A program made the position numbers and the translations under genes. Below are positions 54,202 to 63,331 of a stretch of 64,000 bases of DNA, piece after piece. The notes under the pieces are model-generated. The model saw only the letters and a list, made by a program, of their open reading frames with translations. It searched no databases and was not told the DNA's origin. The stretch is from the sequence record NC_019406.1; one strand, given 5' to 3'. Every line of letters starts with the position of its first letter. The first letter of the stretch is position 1.

Positions 54202-54320
54202 CCGAGCCGCACGTCATCGAGCACAAGCATACGGTGAAGTTGGAGATCAGCTTCGATCTGTTCGGAATGTTCTCCAGTCTCGTCGGCATCGGCGTCATCT
54301 GCTGGCTTTTCCTGAAGTAG
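54198..54320 (+). CDS. 40-aa membrane peptide (not in ORF track)
   Basis: ATGA overlap; C-terminal hydrophobic helix. Confidence 0.5.
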   Translation: MTEPHVIEHKHTVKLEISFDLFGMFSSLVGIGVICWLFLK

Positions 54321-54321
54321 G

Positions 54322-54555
54322 ATGCCGGCCGACCGGTACGTCGTGGTGCATGCGCTCGAAGGGGAAGATGAACAAGAAGTCCCCTTCGAGCGCAAAGGCC
54401 TAGCCTTCGCTTACGCAAAGCGAAAGCTGAAGCTCATCGACACAATGGAACGTTGTGTCGCAGTTCAGTTCCAGGTGGAAGAGAAAGGCCGATGGGTTGC
54501 GCTCGACACCTGGAAGTTCTTCTACAACGGAGACATCGACCACATCGCCCACTAG
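54322..54555 (+). CDS. hypothetical protein
   Basis: 77 aa. Confidence 0.55.
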   Translation: MPADRYVVVHALEGEDEQEVPFERKGLAFAYAKRKLKLIDTMERCVAVQFQVEEKGRWVALDTWKFFYNGDIDHIAH

Positions 54556-54569
54556 CTGAAGGAGTCCTC

Positions 54570-55049
54570 ATGAAACTCGCCATCCTGCTCGCCGCTACCT
54601 TGATCGCAACGCCCGCGCTGGCGCAGTGCCCCATCGGAGGCAACTGCATGAGCGATCCTCAAGCCTGGAAAAACATGTTCGGTGCGTCGCCGGCGCAGCG
54701 AGCCGAGCAATCCAGCGCACGCCGCGCAGCCGAATCGGTGATCCAGGACCGGCAGACGCAAGCCAATGCCGATCTGCTGGGCGACATGGGGCAGGTCGAG
54801 CGCTATCGCCTGACCTACTCGGTCGAGGATACCCTGACCAGACTCAGTGGAGCGCCTACCACTGTTCTGCGCGCTACCGTGCTGGCGCGGGGTGGTGGGT
54901 ATCTCTTCTGCGGTTCGGCGCTCTACGGCCAGAGCGACAACGGCATCTTCGTGCTGGACACTCGGCCCGGCGGGATCGCGACGCTCCACGCATCTAAGGA
55001 TGCGTTCATCGCCGCCGGCTGCGGACAACCTGCGACAATCTTGCGCTGA
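54570..55049 (+). CDS. secreted hypothetical protein
   Basis: signal peptide MKLAILLAATLIATPALA; SD AAGGAG. Confidence 0.75.
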   Translation: MKLAILLAATLIATPALAQCPIGGNCMSDPQAWKNMFGASPAQRAEQSSARRAAESVIQDRQTQANADLLGDMGQVERYRLTYSVEDTLTRLSGAPTTVLRATVLARGGGYLFCGSALYGQSDNGIFVLDTRPGGIATLHASKDAFIAAGCGQPATILR

Positions 55050-55111
55050 GACTGTTGACAGGGTGTTCTAGTTTCTTTACATCGTCTCCTGACGATCAGA
55101 GGAGACTAGAC

Positions 55112-56587
55112 ATGTTCGCCGAAGCCATGACCGACGACAGCTACCTTGCCGCCCTGGAAGCCGATGCGCAAGACCAGGGCGCGCGCGTCGATGAAGCCGA
55201 ATGGGCCGCCGGCCTGATCGAAGACGTCGACCGTGAGGAGTGGGTCTGGAAGAATCCGCGCATCGGCGAGCGTCTCGACCTCGAAAGCGGTCGGCAGGTC
55301 TACACGATCCTGTGTGATGATGGTCAGGAGGAGGAGATCAAGGCCCTCATCCTGAAGCTCAACAAAAAGCTGAAGAAGTGGGACCAGACGATCAATATCC
55401 TCGCCGAGGATGAGGTCATCAAGGAACACTGGCTGCGGGGCCACCACGTGGGGGCCGAGGTCACGGACGCTGAACGCTCTTCTGACCAGAAGATGAAGTT
55501 CGATTACAACATCAACAGCATCGCCTATCGCGGCAAGGTCCGTCAGGTGCTGTTGACGATCGACAGCCCCGCCGTGGCGGGCAAGAAGACCAAGGTGATC
55601 GGGTCGTTCGAACTGGCTGAGGATGGCGTCGAGGTCTATCGCCACGCCCTGAACGGCGCGTCCCAGGCCGATATCGAGCCCTTCATCAGCCGGTGGCGCG
55701 ATTGCGATCACTGTGGCTATGTGCGTAATCGACGCGCTTCGTTCGTCTGCGAAGACGCCGAGGGCAATCGCTCGATCATCGGCCGACAGTGCTCGCGTGA
55801 CTTCCTGGGCCTGGATGCGGCCGAACTCCTGGCCCGTGAAGCGATCCGGAAAGTCCTGTCGAACGGTGGTGAAGAGGATGAGGACCGCGTCGGTGGAGGC
55901 GGCCCGGTCTACATTCACGTCGAGACCCTGGTGCAGCGCGCCTATCTGGTGGCGAAGCGCATGGGCGGTTACTCCAAGGACCAGCGCGACACTTTCCTGG
56001 ACCACCTCGCGGCGCTGGAAGGCGCGCGGGACTACGGCCGCAGCGACCACTACGCGACCCTGCGGGCCGAGTACAAGGAATGGGTGGCGAAGGCCAAGCC
56101 GGAACCGCTGAATTTCATGAAGTTCGCCGACTACGTATTTTCAGCGTCGGGCGACTTCGGCCATAACCTGCAAATCGCGTTCTCGTTGGAGTGGGCCAAG
56201 CAGAAACGCCGGACCCTTCTGGCCGCCGGCGTCGGCCTCTATATCGGCCGACTGCTGAAGCTGGAGAAGGAAAAGGCGGCGCAGGATCGTTTGCCGGCGA
56301 AGCATCTCGACGCGGTCGAAGGCAAGCGCGTCGACTTCAACGGCACGGTGGAGCGCACCATTCCCTTGTCCTCGGACTACGGCCTCAAGACCCTGGTGTC
56401 GATCGTCTGTCCGGATGGCTCGCGCTGCGTTCATTTCTGCACCAGCCATGTCGTTCCCGAGGCCGGCAAGACCTACGCGATCCGTGCGACCGTGAAGGAA
56501 CACAAGACCAACAAGCGCTTCGGTACGCCGGAAACGGTGATCTCCCGCGCTATCTACGAAATCGCAAATCAACCCGCACTACTGTAA
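55112..56587 (+). CDS. hypothetical protein with CxxC motif and C-terminal OB-like domain
   Basis: CDHCGYVRNR...GRQC; C-terminal KRVDFNGTV...RATVKEH; SD GAGGAG. Confidence 0.8.
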   Translation: MFAEAMTDDSYLAALEADAQDQGARVDEAEWAAGLIEDVDREEWVWKNPRIGERLDLESGRQVYTILCDDGQEEEIKALILKLNKKLKKWDQTINILAEDEVIKEHWLRGHHVGAEVTDAERSSDQKMKFDYNINSIAYRGKVRQVLLTIDSPAVAGKKTKVIGSFELAEDGVEVYRHALNGASQADIEPFISRWRDCDHCGYVRNRRASFVCEDAEGNRSIIGRQCSRDFLGLDAAELLAREAIRKVLSNGGEEDEDRVGGGGPVYIHVETLVQRAYLVAKRMGGYSKDQRDTFLDHLAALEGARDYGRSDHYATLRAEYKEWVAKAKPEPLNFMKFADYVFSASGDFGHNLQIAFSLEWAKQKRRTLLAAGVGLYIGRLLKLEKEKAAQDRLPAKHLDAVEGKRVDFNGTVERTIPLSSDYGLKTLVSIVCPDGSRCVHFCTSHVVPEAGKTYAIRATVKEHKTNKRFGTPETVISRAIYEIANQPALL

Positions 56588-56600
56588 GGAGAACGCGTAC

Positions 56601-56948
56601 ATGCCCCGACCCAGGACCATCGATCCGCAGGAGGTCGTCACCAAGATGCGTGACGGCACGTTCGCCTATGCGGCCGAGGCGGCGCGCTACTTCAAGTGCT
56701 CGCGGGTGCGTATCCAGCAAATTCTGGACGAACACGCGCCCGACCTCCGCGCCGGCAAGGTATCCAGCACGCTGGCTACGCCGAAGGAGCGCAAGGCGCG
56801 CGAAGCCGCTCTCCGCAAGGAGACCCAGGCGGCGCTGAAGTCGACCAAGTCGATCAACGAGGCCGCCGCCGCCCTGAAGCTGACTCGCTCGGGCCTCTAC
56901 AGCCGTATGCGACGTCTCGGCATCGAATACGGTCGCCAGCCTGCTTGA
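56601..56948 (+). CDS. double-HTH DNA-binding protein (Fis-like C-terminal HTH)
   Basis: AEAARYFKCSRVRIQQIL and INEAAAALKLTRSGLYSRMRRLGI. Confidence 0.75.
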   Translation: MPRPRTIDPQEVVTKMRDGTFAYAAEAARYFKCSRVRIQQILDEHAPDLRAGKVSSTLATPKERKAREAALRKETQAALKSTKSINEAAAALKLTRSGLYSRMRRLGIEYGRQPA

Positions 56949-57001
56949 CACCATTGTGCCAGTTTGGTTAACACTCGGGGCCTCACAGCCCCGAGTGATT
57001 C

Positions 57002-58228
57002 ATGTACGATCAGCTTCTCCGCCTCTTCCAAGGCAACCCGATTCTAGCCGGCGGCGCCGGCATGGCAATCATCGGCTGGCTCCTCGTGCAGGCGCGGACC
57101 GTACCCGTCAAAGTCTTCCGACTGATCCGCGATCAGTTCGTGACGACCATGACGGTCTACACCGAAGACGTGATCTTCCGCCGCTTGGATTACTGGCTGA
57201 GCCGTCACCCCAGCACGGAGCACTCGCGTCGTTTTGGGGTTACGCATTGGCACAATCGTCGTACCGATGCGGATGACTTCCTCCTGACCCCCGGTTCGGG
57301 CTCGCACTTGATCAAAGAAGTCGGCCGCTACTTCCTGGTCCACCGCCACGTCGAGGATAAGACGACCCAGGAAGACTTCGCCAAGATTCGTCGCCAGACG
57401 ATCACGATCGCGACCTACGGCCGATCCACCGCACCTCTGAAGAACTTGATTTCCAAGGTGCAGCACATCGACGAAGACCGCACGGCCATTCCGATTTTGA
57501 ACTGGCAGGGCCACGGCTTTGCCCGAGTTGAGCGCCGCACCAAGCGTCCGCTAGACACGGTCTACATCAACGCTGCGATCAAGCAGCATATCATCGACGA
57601 CCTGACGAAGTTCTTTGCGCAGCGCGCCGACTATCATGCACGAGGCATCCCCTACCGCCGGGGGTACATGTTGGAAGGTCCGCCCGGAACCGGTAAGTCG
57701 ACGCTGATCTTCGTTCTCGCCTGCCTGTTCGATCGTCCGGTCTACATCATCAATTTGGCGAGCATCAGCAACGATTCTGAACTGCTGCGCGCCATCAACG
57801 AAGCTGGCCGCAACTTCGTCGTCATCGAAGATATCGACGCGATCAAGGTCGCCGAAGAGCGCGAGGGCAAGGACTCCAGCTTGGAAGTGCGCGTCGGTGA
57901 TGCGTCTCGACAAGGCATCACGACTTCGGGCTTGCTGAACGCCATCGACGGGATCGCCTCGGCCGAGGGCCGAGTGCTCTTCATCACCTCGAACCGGCCG
58001 GATGTGCTGGATTCTGCCCTCATCCGTCCTGGCCGCATCGACGTGCGCTATCGCATCGACTATGCCAAGATGCCCGAGGCCCTGGCGATGTACCGCAAGT
58101 TCTTTCCGGAGGCCTCTGCCGAGGCGCAGGCGGCGTTCGCGAAGGAAATCGCGCCGCTGCTTCCGATTTCGCCGGCCGCGCTTCAAAATCGCCTGTTGGG
58201 CGAGTCCATGGAAGTGGTGATGTCGTGA
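57002..58228 (+). CDS. BCS1-like AAA+ ATPase
   Basis: N-terminal TM; YRRGYMLEGPPGTGKST, IEDID, GLLNAIDG, RPGRID. Confidence 0.92.
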   Translation: MYDQLLRLFQGNPILAGGAGMAIIGWLLVQARTVPVKVFRLIRDQFVTTMTVYTEDVIFRRLDYWLSRHPSTEHSRRFGVTHWHNRRTDADDFLLTPGSGSHLIKEVGRYFLVHRHVEDKTTQEDFAKIRRQTITIATYGRSTAPLKNLISKVQHIDEDRTAIPILNWQGHGFARVERRTKRPLDTVYINAAIKQHIIDDLTKFFAQRADYHARGIPYRRGYMLEGPPGTGKSTLIFVLACLFDRPVYIINLASISNDSELLRAINEAGRNFVVIEDIDAIKVAEEREGKDSSLEVRVGDASRQGITTSGLLNAIDGIASAEGRVLFITSNRPDVLDSALIRPGRIDVRYRIDYAKMPEALAMYRKFFPEASAEAQAAFAKEIAPLLPISPAALQNRLLGESMEVVMS

Positions 58229-58286
58229 GTTGACAGCCGACATTCGGGCTGCTTAGTGTCAACCTAACTGGCAAGCGGAACCATTC

Positions 58287-58694
58287 ATGCCACTCTCCGA
58301 AGACGAAGCCCTCCTCCTCCGCGACGGTGATATCGTGCTCGTGCCTATCAAGGTGGTGCGCTCGAACAATCACTTTGATCGCGATGGCGTCTCGCTTCGA
58401 GTTCAGTCCCCGCAGATTCTTCACGGCCGGGATGAGATCGAGAAGGGGCAGCCGGAATTCAGCATCAAATCCTCGCAGGTCCACAGCATTGCTGTGATGC
58501 CCCTGCGCCTGAAGGATCACGTGAAGTGGGATGCGTCCGGTCCGGGCGCCGATTACATGCCGGAGACCGGCGTGGTCGTCCACATCGATGGCGACGACAT
58601 CACCGTGAAGCAGGACAAGGAACGCACGCCGCGAAACCGAGTGATCCTCCGCAGTGCCCTCACCCGTTACAACCCTAAGCCCAAAGAGGCCTGA
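58287..58694 (+). CDS. hypothetical protein
   Basis: 135 aa below a TTGACA promoter. Confidence 0.65.
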   Translation: MPLSEDEALLLRDGDIVLVPIKVVRSNNHFDRDGVSLRVQSPQILHGRDEIEKGQPEFSIKSSQVHSIAVMPLRLKDHVKWDASGPGADYMPETGVVVHIDGDDITVKQDKERTPRNRVILRSALTRYNPKPKEA

Positions 58695-59278
58695 TGACCT
58701 CCCCGCAATCCTCGACGCACCGCGTCATTCGTATCCTCAGCCGCGTGATCTTTGAGACTCGGTGGCTGCTGGTCCCGATCTATCTGGCGATGATCATCGC
58801 CATCGCGGCCTATGTGATCCTGTTCACGAAGCAGGCCATCGATATGGGCCTGGGCGTATGGCATTGGGATGCGGAGCACTTGCTGCTCGCCTCCCTCGCG
58901 CTCGTCGACATGTCGATGGTCGCCAACCTGATCGTCATGATCCTGGCCGGCGGTTTCTCAACCTTCGTCGCCGAGTTCGATCAGAGTCTGTTCCCGAATC
59001 GCCCGCGCTGGATGAACGGACTCGACAGCACCACGCTGAAGATTCAGATGGGTAAGTCGCTCATCGGCGTCACGTCGGTTCACCTTCTCCAGACGTTCAT
59101 GCGCCTGCATGACATTCTGAAGGAAGAGAACGGCAAGTTCCTCGTCGCTACCGAGATCATCATCCACATGGTCTTCATCATCACGACGGTCGCCTACTGC
59201 TACATCTCCAAGCTCACCCACGGCCACAAGGTCGCGCCGGCAGCCCTGCCGACGCCGGCCTCTGCGGAAGGACACTAA
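58694..59278 (+). CDS. UPF0114/YqhA-family membrane protein
   Basis: SRVIFETRWLLVPIYL, LVDMSMVANL, SLIGVTSVHLLQTF. Confidence 0.9.
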   Translation: MTSPQSSTHRVIRILSRVIFETRWLLVPIYLAMIIAIAAYVILFTKQAIDMGLGVWHWDAEHLLLASLALVDMSMVANLIVMILAGGFSTFVAEFDQSLFPNRPRWMNGLDSTTLKIQMGKSLIGVTSVHLLQTFMRLHDILKEENGKFLVATEIIIHMVFIITTVAYCYISKLTHGHKVAPAALPTPASAEGH

Positions 59279-59280
59279 AC

Positions 59281-59793
59281 ATGAAGCTCCTGCGAGCTAT
59301 CCTCCTCGGCGCGACCGCCGGCCTGCTGGTCGCCGGCCCGCTCGCCCTCTCGGGCTGTACGGACCCCGTCGCCCGTCACCACGTCGTGCGTGGCAAGCAC
59401 AAGGTCCACAAGCTCTCAGACGGCCGCTATGCCTTCCAAGGCGACAACGGCGTCTGGTACTGGTACATCTACAGCGCCAACAACTCGGCGCGGCTGGAAG
59501 ACGGCACGCTCGCCATGCCGGGCGCCTGGACCGCCGGCGGCGAGCCTGACGCCAGCGACCTCGCGGCTGGGTTCGACTTCGACTTCGACATCCCGACCCT
59601 GGACGGCGGAGCCCCGATCTCCGAATCGCAAGCGGCTTCGATCGAGAGCGGCGCCGCTGAAGCGACGTCGGAAGCTGGCGGCGGTATGTCGGACACTTCG
59701 TCGGGTCCCTCGGACTCGTCCCCGTCGGTCGACTCCAGCGTCGATTCGGGCGGCGGCGGCGACTCCGGTGGTGGCGGGGGCGACGGAGGCTGA
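59281..59793 (+). CDS. putative lipoprotein with a Ser/Gly/Asp-rich tail
   Basis: signal with LSGC lipobox. Confidence 0.7.
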   Translation: MKLLRAILLGATAGLLVAGPLALSGCTDPVARHHVVRGKHKVHKLSDGRYAFQGDNGVWYWYIYSANNSARLEDGTLAMPGAWTAGGEPDASDLAAGFDFDFDIPTLDGGAPISESQAASIESGAAEATSEAGGGMSDTSSGPSDSSPSVDSSVDSGGGGDSGGGGGDGG

Positions 59794-59795
59794 TC

Positions 59796-60356
59796 ATGGG
59801 TCAGTACATCTGGCATGATCTGCCGCTCGACGAGCGGCTTAGCAAGCCCAAGATCGATGATCGCCCTGGAGCCCGGTTGAAGGCGGAGGATGCCCGAGGG
59901 CTCCTTCATTTCCCGGACCGTCTTGGCGATCTCCTGACCCTCAAGAGCTGCCTCGCCGGCGCCAAGATCGTTTTCAGTGGAAACGGTTATGCGCCGTCGG
60001 TGACGGCCTGGGGCTGGACACCGCGCGACCAAGAGGTCATCGAAGACTACGTCAAGCGTCGCGTCGAGAAGCACATGAGCAGTCTGACCGAACGTCAGGG
60101 CCTCGTACTCCTCGCTGTACGTAATGACGGCAGCGTCGATGTTGCGACCTGGGGCAAGTCGTCCCAGGACTGCAAGGTGCTCGGTGACCTTGGCAGCAAG
60201 GAATTGGGCGCACTGCCGTCGTGTCCTTTCCAGACTTGGTGGGGCTGGGGCAATGGAGGCGTGCCCAAGCGTTTCCCTGCGCAGACCCTCAAGACGCTGT
60301 CGGAGAACGCCCAGGCCTACGTCAAGAAGAACACGCATCCTGGCGCGGTAGGCTGA
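59796..60356 (+). CDS. hypothetical protein
   Basis: 186 aa in the operon. Confidence 0.7.
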   Translation: MGQYIWHDLPLDERLSKPKIDDRPGARLKAEDARGLLHFPDRLGDLLTLKSCLAGAKIVFSGNGYAPSVTAWGWTPRDQEVIEDYVKRRVEKHMSSLTERQGLVLLAVRNDGSVDVATWGKSSQDCKVLGDLGSKELGALPSCPFQTWWGWGNGGVPKRFPAQTLKTLSENAQAYVKKNTHPGAVG

Positions 60357-60718
60357 TGGAGGGTACCTCCTACTGTTGCCCAGACTGTGGTGAGGGTTTT
60401 CCCAGCCGCTACAGTCTGGGCCAGCATATGAAGGCAGCGCATCCGGTCGTGCCTCAGGTCTTGAACATCCGCGACTACCCTGATGGCCTGCCGCCTAACT
60501 CGACTTATGTCGGGCGGGGCACGTTCGCTGGAAATCCCTATCGCATTGGAATCGATGGGACGCGAGATGAGGTCATCAACCATTATGAGGACACGCGCGA
60601 ACTGGATGAAGCCTTCGTAGCCAGGGTGCGCAAAGAACTGCGCGGCCGGCATCTCGTATGTCACTGCGCGCCAGAGCGATGTCATGCCGACTGGCTGCTC
60701 AGGATCGCCAACAGCTAA
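60356..60718 (+). CDS. C2H2 zinc finger fused to a DUF4326-like domain
   Basis: CPDCGEGFPSRYSLGQHMKAAH; YVGRGTFAGNPY, LVCHCAPERCHADWL. Confidence 0.8.
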   Translation: MEGTSYCCPDCGEGFPSRYSLGQHMKAAHPVVPQVLNIRDYPDGLPPNSTYVGRGTFAGNPYRIGIDGTRDEVINHYEDTRELDEAFVARVRKELRGRHLVCHCAPERCHADWLLRIANS

Positions 60719-60901
60719 GCCCTTGCTTTCGCGAGAAATCATCGTTATCCATGTGGCGAGTTTGGGGCCAGATTAGGGCTTCATTAACCATGTGGCTGAA
60801 AAATAACGATAAATCTTGAACCCGAAAGTTGACAAACGCCGTAATCTCGAAGATGAAGGCGTCAAGTTCAACTTCAAACGCGAAAGGGGAGTCCTCACCA
60901 C

Positions 60902-61393
60902 ATGAAGCTCAAGATCATCGCCATGGCCGGCATGCTCGCTGGCGTCGCTATCGCCGGCGCGGCCTGTGCCCAAGCGGTCGGGGAGGACTCCACCTGGAAA
61001 TTCCGCACCCCGTCCGAGAACGTCATCCTCCAGCAGAACCTGGACAAGATCGACCTCCAGAAGGCCGGCTACTACGACAAGCTGAAGAACGGCGCCTATG
61101 GCCTGGGCGGCAGCGCCGGCGCGGCCGGCGGGCTGCTCGGAGGCGGAGCCTCGACCATCAGCAACTACTACTCGATCACGAACCAGACCACGAACAACTG
61201 CTCGTCGTCTGGTTCGGTCGGTTCGCCGATCTCCTGCGGCTCGGGCTCGATCACGAGCAGCGGCGTCTCGCAGTCGACGGTCGGCTCGTCCCTGGACTCC
61301 AACACCGCGCTGACGGGCAACACCGTCACCAGTACGGGGAACAAGACCCAGGTCGGCGGCACCATCAACAACAATCAGCAGCCGCAGCAGTAG
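60902..61393 (+). CDS. secreted Ser/Asn/Thr/Gly-rich protein (possible HfaA/curlin-like subunit)
   Basis: signal peptide ending ACA-QA; low-complexity beta-prone C-terminus; first gene of the operon. Confidence 0.75.
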   Translation: MKLKIIAMAGMLAGVAIAGAACAQAVGEDSTWKFRTPSENVILQQNLDKIDLQKAGYYDKLKNGAYGLGGSAGAAGGLLGGGASTISNYYSITNQTTNNCSSSGSVGSPISCGSGSITSSGVSQSTVGSSLDSNTALTGNTVTSTGNKTQVGGTINNNQQPQQ

Positions 61394-61402
61394 GGGGCGA
61401 AC

Positions 61403-62248
61403 TTGAACCGCAAGGTCTACATCCGCGCCGCCCTCGCGGTGGCGCTGCTGGCTTCGGCCGCCGCTATGCCGGCCCAAGCCGCTTCCAAGAAGAAGCCGAT
61501 CGCCACGAACCTCGGCAGCACGCCGACGGTCAACGCCGATCCGCTGGCCGCAGGCTTTGCCTGCACGAGCCAACTCACGGCCCAGGCTGCGCATCCGCTG
61601 CGTATCGCCGTCGGCAAGGTCGGTGACTTCACCGGCAAATTCTCGAACGAAGCCTCCGAAGGCGGCTTCCGCGTGACGCAGGGCGGCGCCCTGATGATCT
61701 CCAGCGCCCTGGGCAAGCTGGCCAACGTCGACCAAGTCGAGCGTCTGGACACGCAGGTCGCCGACATCGACACGCTGCTGGCGAAGTCTCAACTGCTTCG
61801 CGACGGTGACGCCCTGCGCGGCCTGACCGCCGGCCAGTATGACGGCTCCGACTACTACATCATCGGCGGCATCACCGAGGTGAACTACAACATCCGCTCG
61901 GGCGGCGGCAAGGTCGGCGTCTCGAACATCTACGGCGGCAAGCGTACGTACACGATGAACGTCGCGGCCGATCTGAAGATCGTCGAAACCAAGTCGCTGA
62001 AGGTCGTCAAGACCATCAGCGTCCAGAAGCAAATCACGGGCTACGAGAACACGTTCGGCCTGTTCACCTTCAAGGGCGACTACCTCTTCGACCTGGACTT
62101 CGGGTCGAAGGGGCAGGAGCCGCTCCAACTCGGGGTTCGCTCCGTCCTGGAGTACGGTACCCTGGAACTCGTCTCGGCGGTGGCTCCGAATCGTGACTAC
62201 TATGTCGCGACGTGCCGCCCCTACGCCGAGGCGATGTTCGGGAAGTAA
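61403..62248 (+). CDS. hfaB: CsgG/HfaB-family secretion channel
   Basis: IAVGKVGDFTGK, VTQGGALM, VERLD, GSDYYIIGGITEVNYNIRSGG, QEPLQLGVR. Confidence 0.88.
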   Translation: MNRKVYIRAALAVALLASAAAMPAQAASKKKPIATNLGSTPTVNADPLAAGFACTSQLTAQAAHPLRIAVGKVGDFTGKFSNEASEGGFRVTQGGALMISSALGKLANVDQVERLDTQVADIDTLLAKSQLLRDGDALRGLTAGQYDGSDYYIIGGITEVNYNIRSGGGKVGVSNIYGGKRTYTMNVAADLKIVETKSLKVVKTISVQKQITGYENTFGLFTFKGDYLFDLDFGSKGQEPLQLGVRSVLEYGTLELVSAVAPNRDYYVATCRPYAEAMFGK

Positions 62249-62336
62249 AGGGGAGGGGCAACCCAACCTGACAGCGTTTGGTGCGGACGCTGGTTTCTCC
62301 CCGCACTTTTCCCTGAAACAAACGACGAAGGACCCT

Positions 62337-63266
62337 ATGCGCAAGCTCATCCTCGCTTCCGCCGCCCTGGCGGCCCTCTTCGCGGCGCCCGCCGCGTTTG
62401 CCGGCAACATCACGACCGGCGTGAATGGCTTCAACCAGAACAACACCACCCCGCAACTGTCGGGGACCCTGCTGACCAACATCAAGGTCGGCGACAAGAT
62501 CGACGCCTCGGCCGCCGCTGTCGGCAACAACCTGAGCCTCGAAGCCAACGGCAACATCACGATCTCGGCCGGCAACCTGGACCAGCAGAACAGCGGCCTG
62601 CAAGTCGGCGCCCTGATCGTGAACGACTCGAAGCTGAACAAGGGCTCGCTGGAAGCCAAGGCCATCGGCAACTCGATCTCCCTGAAGGCCGGCGGCACCG
62701 TCGACGGCGGCAACAACGGCATCGAGCAGATCAACAGCGGCCCGCAGATCGGCGCCCTGGTCGTGAACGACGTGAAGGCCTCGGGCAACATCGACGCTTC
62801 GGCCGTGGCCGTCGGCAACGCTGTCTCGGTCAATGCCGGCACCGACTTCTCGGTCTACGGTGGTGGCTTCGATCGTCAGACCAACTCGGCCCTGCAAGTC
62901 GGCGTCGCGCTGGTGAACGACTCGAAGTTCGGCGGCAAGCTGGACGTCCTGGCCCAAGCCGTCGGCAACAGCCTGTCGACCGACACCTCGTCCACGACCC
63001 TGCAATGGTCGCAGCGCAACACCGCGCCGCAGTTCGCCCTGGCCGCCATCACCGACGTCAAGGCCTCGGGCAACACCTCGATCTCGTCCGTCGCCGCCGG
63101 CAACCTGATCAACGTCTCGACCAACAACATCGGCCAGACCGCGATCTTCCAGACCAACTTCGCGCCGCAAGTCGCCGCCACGTACATCGCCGGCAGCAAC
63201 TTCTCGGCCGACCTGACCGCCGGCTCGACCGCGATCGGCAACTCGGTCAGCGTCAAGGCCCACTAA
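62337..63266 (+). CDS. secreted repeat protein, HfaD/amyloid-like
   Basis: signal peptide; six ~48-aa repeats QxNxxxQ...AxGN. Confidence 0.75.
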   Translation: MRKLILASAALAALFAAPAAFAGNITTGVNGFNQNNTTPQLSGTLLTNIKVGDKIDASAAAVGNNLSLEANGNITISAGNLDQQNSGLQVGALIVNDSKLNKGSLEAKAIGNSISLKAGGTVDGGNNGIEQINSGPQIGALVVNDVKASGNIDASAVAVGNAVSVNAGTDFSVYGGGFDRQTNSALQVGVALVNDSKFGGKLDVLAQAVGNSLSTDTSSTTLQWSQRNTAPQFALAAITDVKASGNTSISSVAAGNLINVSTNNIGQTAIFQTNFAPQVAATYIAGSNFSADLTAGSTAIGNSVSVKAH

Positions 63267-63298
63267 GCCTTCGATCTGAACTGAGATACTGGACTACG

Positions 63299-63331
63299 GA
63301 AAGCCCGGCGCGAGCGCCGGGCTTTTCTTTC
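63299..63331 (+). terminator. intrinsic terminator
   Basis: AAAGCCCGGCG/CGCCGGGCTTT followed by a T run. Confidence 0.85.
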
